This document shows, one piece after another, positions 18,647 to 26,027 of a stretch of 58,386 nucleotides of DNA (its first letter is position 1; every line of letters begins with the position of its first letter). The stretch comes from a bacterium. GTDB lineage: Bacteria > Actinomycetota > Acidimicrobiia > Spongiisociales > ZC4RG35. A model generated the notes under the pieces. It was not told the origin of the DNA. It ran no database searches and saw only the letters and a program-made list of their open reading frames with translations. The position numbers and the translations under genes are program-made. Where the stretch lies: the NCBI GenBank assembly GCA_024639335.1, contig JAHEIN010000002.1:13630-72015 (forward strand), given 5' to 3'.

Positions 18647-19423
18647 TCAGAAGCTCCCCCGATACGAGCCGCCGTCGAGTTGGAGGTTCTGGCCCGAGAT
18701 GTACCCGCTCATGTCGGCGCAGAGGAAGGCGCATGCGCGTCCGAACTCCTCGGGTGTGCCCATCCGACCCGCCGCGATGCTGTCGACGATTTCCTTCCGG
18801 GCGTCTTCGTAGCTCATCCCGGACGACTCGGCGCGCTGCCTCGCCATGTACCGGGACCGCTCGGTGTCTATGCGCTCCGGGAGCAGGTTGTTGATCGTCA
18901 CGTTGTCCTTGGCGACGTCCCGCGAGAGCGCCTTGCACGCCGCCGTCAGCCCGGCGCGCGCACCGGCGGACAGACCCATCACCGAGAACGGCGACTTGAC
19001 CATCTGCGATGTGATGTTGACGATCCGCCCGAACCCGCGGGCCTGCATGCCGGGGACCACCGCCTTGATCATCATGATCGGCGAGAGCATGTTGGCCTCG
19101 ACCGCCCGCAGCCAATCTTCGTACTCGAACGAGAGCCAGTTGCCCGGAGGAGGCCCCCAGTTGTTGTTGATCAGGATGTCCGGGTCCGGGCATGCTTCGA
19201 TCAGTCGGGCACGGCCCTCGACCGAGTTGACGTCTGCGGCGACGGTCGTGACTTCGACGCCGAACTCGCTGAGTTGGCCCGCCGCCGTGTCGAGATGCTC
19301 CGGGTTGAGCCCGTTGATCGTGACATCGGAGCCCTCGGATGCCAGCGCCGTGGCACACGCAAGGCCGAGCCCGCGACTCGATGCGGTCAACAGGGCGCGC
19401 CGTCCCGACAGTCCAAGGTCCAT
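18647..19423 (-). CDS. SDR-family oxidoreductase (atypical; S...R where YxxxK is expected, by eye)
   Basis: Starts at MDLGLSGRRALLTASSRGLG (ATG 19423), preceded by GAGGAGGAA. Confidence 0.8.
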   Translation of the reverse strand: MDLGLSGRRALLTASSRGLGLACATALASEGSDVTINGLNPEHLDTAAGQLSEFGVEVTTVAADVNSVEGRARLIEACPDPDILINNNWGPPPGNWLSFEYEDWLRAVEANMLSPIMMIKAVVPGMQARGFGRIVNITSQMVKSPFSVMGLSAGARAGLTAACKALSRDVAKDNVTINNLLPERIDTERSRYMARQRAESSGMSYEDARKEIVDSIAAGRMGTPEEFGRACAFLCADMSGYISGQNLQLDGGSYRGSF

Positions 19424-19509
19424 CCGATGTTCCTCCTCGTGGTCAGAGGCTTGATCGTAGGACCTGACCACGTCGGCGAGGGCGATGGAATCGGGGCTAC
19501 GCTCGCAGC

Positions 19510-20736
19510 GTGACCGACTTCACCGAACTTCCGATCCCCACGGTGGACTTCGACCTCGTCGGGCCCGCTGTCGGGGAGCGGTTTCCCGACGTCGTACTCC
19601 CTGATCAATCCGGGCAGCCCGTCGACCTCCACGAACATCGGGCAGGGCGGAAGGCCCTGGTCGTGTTCCACCGGAGTGCCGATTGGTGACCGTGGTGCCG
19701 AGCGCAGTTGGTCGAGCTGCAGCGGACATTCGCATCGCGTGACGAAGGCGTGGCCGTCTTCGCGATCAGCTACGACCCCGTCGAGACCCTGGCTCGGTTC
19801 AGCCAGGTTCACGGAATCACCTACCCCCTGCTCTCCGACGTCGGCAGCGTCGTCATCACCGAGGTCGGCGTGTTGAACACCACGATCGAACAGGAGCGAG
19901 CCGCGTACGGACGCCCGATGGAGGACCGCCACCGGGGCATTCCCTATCCCGGCACCTTCTTCCTGGACGAGTACGGAGTCGTCATCGACAGGCGCTTCGA
20001 GCAGTCCCACCGGATCCGCCCGACGGCAACCACCCTCCTCAAGCAGCTTCTCGGCGACGATGACGTCTCGCCCGCAGTCTCGGCCGAGGCAGCTTCTCCC
20101 GGGGTGCGGGTTGCCGCCTGGCTCGACACCGACGTCGTCTTCGCCAATCAACTCCAGGAGGTGGTGGTCCGGTTCGACATGGATCCCGACGTCCATTTGT
20201 ATGTCGACCCCGTGCCCGAGGGCTTCACAGCCGTGGCGGCCACGCTTGCGGGCGACGAACGGCTCCGACCCGAACCCGTCGTCATCGGCGACGGCCATCC
20301 CTTCGAGGTCGATGGCCTGGACGAGTCGTTCTCGGTCGTCGAGGGCGCAGTGGAGACCTCCATCCCGTTCGTGCTGCTCTCCAACCGCGACACCGCAGGC
20401 GATCCTGACAGACCAGTAGAGCTGCGTGTGAACGTCTTCTATCAGGCGTGTACCTCTGCTGCGTGTTTCATGCCCGAAGAGCTCACTCTGCGGTTGCCGC
20501 TCATCGAGCGAGCGAATCCGGGATACGAGACTGCGGAAGCGGCTGCGATCTCTCCGTTGGCGTTCCGCAGGATCGTCGAGGAGCCCAGAAGTGATGATGA
20601 GCTGCTCCGGCTCGTCAATGCTGCGCTGGAAGGGACCAGCGTCTCCGCCGACCAGCTGGCAGAGGTCCTCGGAAAGCTGGCAGACGACGACTTCATCGCT
20701 CGAAGGTCGGACGGTACGTGGGGCACCGCCGGCTGA
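19510..20736 (+). CDS. Peroxiredoxin/redoxin-like protein with in-frame TGA (19687-19689) at the first Cys of the CPxC motif (candidate selenoprotein, W-U-P-W-C), fused to an nDsbD-like Cys-pair domain and a C-terminal extension
   Basis: From GTG 19510, 59 codons of redoxin N-terminus (GERFPDVVLPDQSGQPVDL...KALVVFHRSADW) run into the TGA. The same frame then continues PWCRAQLVELQ..., which is the 342-aa ORF listed from TTG 19708. A SECIS-like hairpin lies downstream. Confidence 0.65.
19698..19725 (+). promoter_or_regulatory. SECIS-like hairpin 3' of UGA 19687
   Basis: Stem 19702-19709 pairs with 19715-19723 (8 bp, one G.U pair, bulged A at 19721). The apical loop GGUCG (19710-19714) starts 20 nt after the UGA. 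Two extra pairs: 19698-19699 with 19724-19725. Confidence 0.45.
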
Positions 20737-20755
20737 TCGCAGGTACGGTCTTGGG

Positions 20756-21706
20756 ATGACGACCATCAAGATCGCGGTTCTCGACGACTATCAGGGTGTT
20801 GCCGAGCATTCGGCGGACTGGGGCCGTCTCGATGCCGAGATCGAGTTCTTCGGTGAGCACCTCGGCTCACGAGATGTCGTCGAAGCCCGCCTCGCCGACT
20901 TCGACATCGTCGTGGCGATGCGCGAGCGGACGCCATTCCCTCGTGAGCTCCTCGAGTCGTTGCCTCGGTTGCAGTTGCTGGTGACCACCGGCATGCGCAA
21001 TGCAGCCATCGACCTCGAAGCAGCGGCGAATGCCGGGATCACGGTCTGCGGAACCCCGTCTCCCGGTCACGCAACGGCGGAGTTGACGTTTGGGCTCGTC
21101 CTGTCGCTCTCGCGGGGCCTGCTCGACGAGATCGCCTCGGTGCGTTCGGGCGGATGGCAGTCGGGGCTCGGGCGGGACCTTCGTGGTGCCACGCTCGGCG
21201 TGATCGGTCTCGGGCGACTCGGTGCACAAGTGGCCGGGTTCGGGCAGGCGTTCGGGATGAACGTGGTCGCCTGGAGCGAGAACCTCACCGCCGAGAGGAC
21301 CGACGAAGTCGGTGTCGGGTTGGTCGACCGGAAGACGCTGTTCGCAGATTCCGACTTCGTGACAGTCCACCTCAAGCTGTCGGAGCGGTCCACAGGGCTG
21401 ATCGGAGCCGAAGAGATCGCTCTGATGAAACCCACGGCGTTTCTGGTCAACACCTCGCGGGCGCCGATCGTCGAGACGGAAGCGCTGTTGGAGGCCGTCC
21501 GATCCAATCGGATCGCCGGCGCCGCAGTTGACGTGTTCGATGTCGAGCCACTGCCCGGTGATCATCCGATCAGGACCGAACCCAGGATCCTCGCCACGCC
21601 TCACATCGGGTATGTCACCGCCGAGACGTATCGGATCTTCTACGAGGCAGCGGTCGAGGACATCGAGGCATGGCAGGAGGGCGCACCGACCCGCGAGCTC
21701 ACGTGA
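20756..21706 (+). CDS. D-isomer-specific 2-hydroxyacid dehydrogenase family protein
   Basis: Starts at MTTIKIAVLDDY (ATG 20756) and carries LGVIGLGRLGAQVA, NTSRAPIVETEAL and TPHIGY. Confidence 0.88.
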   Translation: MTTIKIAVLDDYQGVAEHSADWGRLDAEIEFFGEHLGSRDVVEARLADFDIVVAMRERTPFPRELLESLPRLQLLVTTGMRNAAIDLEAAANAGITVCGTPSPGHATAELTFGLVLSLSRGLLDEIASVRSGGWQSGLGRDLRGATLGVIGLGRLGAQVAGFGQAFGMNVVAWSENLTAERTDEVGVGLVDRKTLFADSDFVTVHLKLSERSTGLIGAEEIALMKPTAFLVNTSRAPIVETEALLEAVRSNRIAGAAVDVFDVEPLPGDHPIRTEPRILATPHIGYVTAETYRIFYEAAVEDIEAWQEGAPTRELT

Positions 21707-21995
21707 TGTAGTCGGGTGCGCCGTGAGGTGAGATCGCCTCTCGGTACTGCTCGATGATCTGCGGCATCGCAACCCCGTCTCGGACCGCCAGCGATCGAAC
21801 CACCTGGAACAGCAGGAACGGGTGGGCGCCCATGGCGTACAGGCTGCCATAGTCCCACGTCTCCAAAGCCCGCCGTTCGTCCTCGGTGAGCCGGTACGCA
21901 TCCAGGAAGCCGCCAGGGTCGGTTGCGAATCGATCGATGCTCGCGATCGTCTGGTCGATGTCGTAGAGGACGATGTCGATCATGCCCCGGCTCAT
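21699..21995 (-). CDS. LigA-like small (alpha) subunit of a class III extradiol dioxygenase
   Basis: 98 aa from MSRGMIDIV, with RFATDPGGFLDAYRLTEDERRALETWDYGSLYAMGAHPF (LigA-domain style). ATGA overlap with the LigB-like stop. Confidence 0.8.
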   Translation of the reverse strand: MSRGMIDIVLYDIDQTIASIDRFATDPGGFLDAYRLTEDERRALETWDYGSLYAMGAHPFLLFQVVRSLAVRDGVAMPQIIEQYREAISPHGAPDYIT

Positions 21996-22831
21996 GATGG
22001 GCCCCAGAAGTAGAAGGGCTCGTGCCCGAATCGGCATGCGATGCCCTCGGCGTGGTCCGCCGGGCGCCCGGCGATCGCCGCCAGGGTGAGGAAGTTGAGG
22101 AACTGGAAGGTGAGGTTGCCCGCTTCGGTGAGCCGGGTGAACGTGCAGACCATCTCTGCCTCGTCGAGTTCGCCCCGTCTGATCCAACCGGTTGCCATCG
22201 CGTCGAACCCGGGGTCGGTCGACCGTCCCAGGAACAGGTTCGGCCCACCCAGGTCGTATGCGAGGTGTCCGGAGGCGATCACCGCCACCCGCAATCCTTC
22301 ATCGTGTTGATCGAGGGCCTTGCGGATATGCCGGCCGAGCTCGACGAACCGTTGGGCGGTCGGAATCGGCGGAGCGTTGGTGTTGGTGTGGATCGGAACC
22401 ACCGGGATGTCCATCTCGGGTCGGAGGAACAGCAGCGGGACGACGTAGGCATGGTCGAGTACCGGGTTGTTCGAGAACGAGAAGTCGAACCCGCCTGCCA
22501 GGTTCTCCCGCCCGATGATCGCCTCCGCCAGGCCGGGGTGTCCCGGCATCTCGACTGTCGGGAGGCCAAAGCTGCGTTCTTCGTTGCGGTGTGTTCCATC
22601 GATGTGATCGGCCTTGCCGATCGAGAAGGTAGCCATGTTCGCATGGTTGAACTCGTGGAAATGGTCGGAAGCCACCATCACGATCACGTCGGGCTCGGCC
22701 TCGGACAACAGCGCACGAGCCCGCTCGAACCCCACGGCCACTTCGCGCAGGTCGGGCGGGACGTCGCCCTCCAGCAGGCGCCACAACATCGGCGTGTGGG
22801 GGACCCCCAGGGCTGCGACGAGCTCAGTCAT
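21992..22831 (-). CDS. LigB-like catalytic (beta) subunit, class III extradiol ring-cleavage dioxygenase
   Basis: 279 aa with N-terminal GVPHTP and an SDHFHEF motif region typical of the LigB family. Confidence 0.88.
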   Translation of the reverse strand: MTELVAALGVPHTPMLWRLLEGDVPPDLREVAVGFERARALLSEAEPDVIVMVASDHFHEFNHANMATFSIGKADHIDGTHRNEERSFGLPTVEMPGHPGLAEAIIGRENLAGGFDFSFSNNPVLDHAYVVPLLFLRPEMDIPVVPIHTNTNAPPIPTAQRFVELGRHIRKALDQHDEGLRVAVIASGHLAYDLGGPNLFLGRSTDPGFDAMATGWIRRGELDEAEMVCTFTRLTEAGNLTFQFLNFLTLAAIAGRPADHAEGIACRFGHEPFYFWGPS

Positions 22832-23726
22832 CGAGCATCCCCAAGCCGACGAGCGATGTGCGTATCGACGCCGTCTCGGTCTCTACGAACTCGGCCGCCG
22901 CATCGCCGACCAGGAACCACGGCACCCAGGCATGCCTCTGCACCGCCCGTTGCCACGCTTCGGTCGATACGGCTGCGGCGAGGACGTGCTTCCAGTGATG
23001 GACGATGTCCGCCGTGAGGGCCGGTGGTCCGACCACACCGCGCCAGGTGGCGTGTGTGCAGTCGACCCCGATCTCGGTCCAGATGGGGACGGCGCCAAGG
23101 GGTGACCCGGCACGCGCTTTCGAGGACACGGCAAGAGCCCTCAACTCACTGCGGGCGACGGCATCGAGGGCACTGGCCGCTGACACGACTGCGAGACTCG
23201 TGGCACCGGACACGGCGTTGTCGATGGCCGCCGAGGCCGATGGGAGGGCCGTGACCGGTGGAAGTTCAGATCCGGCGTGGGCGGCGACGGCGGCGAGCGC
23301 CATGTGGTTGACGTTCCCCAGCGCAGTGGCAATGGACGCCGGAACCTCAGAAGCGTCGTCGGCGAGCGCAGCGAGGAGATCCCCGGCGTTCGACAGCGGG
23401 GACTTCTCGGGAACGGCGAACACCAGCGGCTCGACACACAGGATCGCCAGATGGGTCACATCGTTCAGCCCGGGCTCGCTCGGGTCGTGGAGGTTGTTCG
23501 TCAGCATCGTCGGTGAGCTGATCGAGATGAGCTCACCGGAGCCGGCGTGCGCCCCGAGTGACGCCCACGCGACCCCGCCGCCCCGGCCGACTTTGTTCGT
23601 GACCGTCACGGCGGGTCCGCCGGACTCGTCGATCGCTGCGGCCAGGGCCCTTGCTGCGCGGTCCTGGCCGCCGCCGGGCGGTGTCCCGGCCGTGATCTCG
23701 ATCCGGCGGAGCGCAGTTTTGGCCAT
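22824..23726 (-). CDS. TctC/Bug-family (tripartite tricarboxylate transporter substrate-binding) protein without signal peptide
   Basis: Starts at MAKTALRRIEITAGTPPGGGQDRAARALA (ATG 23726), which matches the start of the mature Bug fold. 8-nt overlap with the LigB-like start. Confidence 0.7.
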   Translation of the reverse strand: MAKTALRRIEITAGTPPGGGQDRAARALAAAIDESGGPAVTVTNKVGRGGGVAWASLGAHAGSGELISISSPTMLTNNLHDPSEPGLNDVTHLAILCVEPLVFAVPEKSPLSNAGDLLAALADDASEVPASIATALGNVNHMALAAVAAHAGSELPPVTALPSASAAIDNAVSGATSLAVVSAASALDAVARSELRALAVSSKARAGSPLGAVPIWTEIGVDCTHATWRGVVGPPALTADIVHHWKHVLAAAVSTEAWQRAVQRHAWVPWFLVGDAAAEFVETETASIRTSLVGLGMLDD

Positions 23727-23793
23727 GCGAGCGACGCTACCTCGGCATGGCGTTCGCCGATGGCGATACCATCGCCGAGATGCGAGCACGCGA

Positions 23794-24879
23794 ATGAGCG
23801 AATTGCGAATCAGGTCGATCGAGGCGCGGCCCATGCCGATCCCACTGCGCCGGCCCATATCGAGCTCGCTCGGCACCTACACCACTGTCGAGGGCGTCGT
23901 CGTCTCGCTCCGCACCGTCGACGGGCCCGACGGCGTCGGGTTCACCATGGGACTGGGAGGAGCTTGGTCACGGGCGGTCGCCTCCTACATCAACGATGAG
24001 CTCGCCCCGCTGGCGACCGGAGAGGACGCAATGTCACCGGAGGCGGTGTGGCACCGCATGTGGTCGCCGAACAAGGCGCGGATGCGAGCGGGCCTCGGCG
24101 TGTGGGCGCTCTCAGCAGTCGACATCGCAGTCTGGGACGCTTTCGGCAAGGCGGGAGGCATTTCCCTCCACCGACTCCTCGGCGGCTTCCGTCGCCATGT
24201 CCCGGTCTACGGGAGCGGAGGCTGGCACGATCTCACCGACGCCGAACTGGTATCGGAGTGTGAGGCGTTTGCGTCGAAGGGCATCACTGCATACAAGTAC
24301 AAGATCGGTTCGTCTCGCGATATCGAGCGCACGCGGCTGCTCCGAGAAGCGATGGGTGGCGACTTCACCCTGCTGGCCGATGCCAACCAGCGCTTTGATG
24401 TCCGAGGGGCATTGGAGGTGGCCGCAATGCTGGCCGACTACGGCGTCGCCTGGATCGAGGAGCCCGTTCTCGCCGATTCCGTCGACGACCTCGCCGATGT
24501 CGCCGCCCGCTCGCCGGTCCCGACGGCGGCGGGCGAGAACGCATACTTCGGCTGGGGATTTCGGGAGATCTGCGAGCGGCGGGCGGCGAGTTACCTCCAG
24601 CCCGACGTCGCTCGCTGTGGGGGAGTGACCGAGTTCCGCAAGATCGCAGCGCTCGCCGACACTCATCTTCTGGCCCTCTCGAGCCACCTCTGGCACGAAC
24701 TGTCCATCTCGTTGGTCGGAGCGGCGCCAAGTGGCTGGGCGGCCGAGTACACCGAGCTGCTACCCGAGGGCATCTTCACCCGGCCGTTCGATGTCGCCGA
24801 CGGAGCGATCGCCGTTCCAGATGCTCCGGGACACGGGGTCGAGTTCACCGACGAAGCGATCGAGCGGTGGGCAACGTGA
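23794..24879 (+). CDS. Enolase-superfamily enzyme (mandelate racemase / muconate lactonizing family)
   Basis: Starts at MSELRIRSIEARPM. Contains AVDIAVWDAFGK, ADANQRF, IEEP and AAGEN (metal-ligand-region pattern). Confidence 0.88.
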   Translation: MSELRIRSIEARPMPIPLRRPISSSLGTYTTVEGVVVSLRTVDGPDGVGFTMGLGGAWSRAVASYINDELAPLATGEDAMSPEAVWHRMWSPNKARMRAGLGVWALSAVDIAVWDAFGKAGGISLHRLLGGFRRHVPVYGSGGWHDLTDAELVSECEAFASKGITAYKYKIGSSRDIERTRLLREAMGGDFTLLADANQRFDVRGALEVAAMLADYGVAWIEEPVLADSVDDLADVAARSPVPTAAGENAYFGWGFREICERRAASYLQPDVARCGGVTEFRKIAALADTHLLALSSHLWHELSISLVGAAPSGWAAEYTELLPEGIFTRPFDVADGAIAVPDAPGHGVEFTDEAIERWAT

Positions 24880-24913
24880 CTCGGTTACATTCGGCATAAA
24901 GGAGAAGGTCGTG

Positions 24914-26002
24914 ATGCGAATTGCCTCGGTAGAAACGTTCCCGATCTCGGTTCCGCTGGCCACGCCGATCAAGATGGCGCACGTGACCATCGCCGAGTCG
25001 CACAACGTGGTGGTGAAGATCACCTCCGACGCCGGTGTGGTCGGATGGGGAGAAGGTGTTCCCGCCATGGACGTCACAGGTGAGAACCAGGGGCGGATCC
25101 GGGCCGGGATCGACGATCTCGGTGCTCGGATCGTCGGCCGGAACGCCCTCGACCGCACCGGGATCTGGCTCGATTTGAGCCGCACCGTGTACGGAAACAC
25201 GACGGCGATCGGGGCGATCGACATCGCGTTGCACGACCTGGCGGGCCGGACATTCGGGGTTCCGGTGTACGAACTCATCGGCGGGGCGCGGCGAGATCGG
25301 ATTCCGGCACTGTCATTGATCGGGAGCGGCACGACGCCGGCCGACCTCGAGACGTTCGCAGAGCGCTACGCCCACGGATACCGATGGTTCAAGTTGAAGC
25401 TGGGCATGGGCTCGATCGACGACGAGGCCAGAACGATGCTCGGGATGGCGGGGGAGCACGACGACACCGTCGTGGCCGGCGACACCAATGGCGGATGGAG
25501 CGAACCCGAAGCGCTCCGGTTCCTCGACCAGCTCGCGGGGTCTGATGTGCGTTTCGTCGAACAGCCGGTCATGGCGATGGCAGAACTGCAGCGCCTGGCC
25601 GATCGGTCTCCGGTGGCGATCTGCGCCGACGAGAGCGCCCGATCCCTCGACGTCCTGCTGGCACTCGGGAAGACTGCGATCGCCGGTGTGAGTCTGAAGT
25701 TGATCAAGCATGGAGGGATCACCGGGGTGATGCGAGGCGCGGCCCTGTGCGATCAGCTGGGCCTCTCGATCAATCTCGCCGGCAAGGTCGCCGAATCGTC
25801 GATCGCTGCCGCCGCCAACCTGCACTGCGCAGCCGCGATGAGCGATACGGCCTTCGGCTGCAGCCCGGGGAACCAGGGCATCGCGCGCGATCTCACCGCT
25901 GCCGCCCCCCGATTCGAGGCCGGCGCCTTCCTGGTCCCGGATGGTCCGGGTCTCGGAATCGACGTCGACGAATCGCTTCTCGGGAACCTGCGCACTGCGT
26001 GA
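24914..26002 (+). CDS. Enolase-superfamily enzyme (muconate cycloisomerase / dipeptide-epimerase-like)
   Basis: MRIASVETFPI preceded by AAAGGAGAAGG. Contains AIDIALHDLAG, KLKLG, GDTNGGW, VEQP and CADES. Confidence 0.88.
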   Translation: MRIASVETFPISVPLATPIKMAHVTIAESHNVVVKITSDAGVVGWGEGVPAMDVTGENQGRIRAGIDDLGARIVGRNALDRTGIWLDLSRTVYGNTTAIGAIDIALHDLAGRTFGVPVYELIGGARRDRIPALSLIGSGTTPADLETFAERYAHGYRWFKLKLGMGSIDDEARTMLGMAGEHDDTVVAGDTNGGWSEPEALRFLDQLAGSDVRFVEQPVMAMAELQRLADRSPVAICADESARSLDVLLALGKTAIAGVSLKLIKHGGITGVMRGAALCDQLGLSINLAGKVAESSIAAAANLHCAAAMSDTAFGCSPGNQGIARDLTAAAPRFEAGAFLVPDGPGLGIDVDESLLGNLRTA

Positions 26003-26027
26003 CCTGAAATGAGGCCGATGGGCCGAG

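Noticed and set aside
19387-20769. 460-aa ORF on the minus strand
   Set aside because: It is antisense to the peroxiredoxin-like gene. It has no family features, whereas the plus-strand frame has clear redoxin and nDsbD-like motifs.
21699-21706. 8-nt overlap of convergent gene ends (2-hydroxyacid dehydrogenase on the plus strand versus LigA-like on the minus strand) as a sign of mis-annotation
   Set aside because: Both ORFs have full-length family-consistent C-termini. Short convergent overlaps are common in compact GC-rich genomes.
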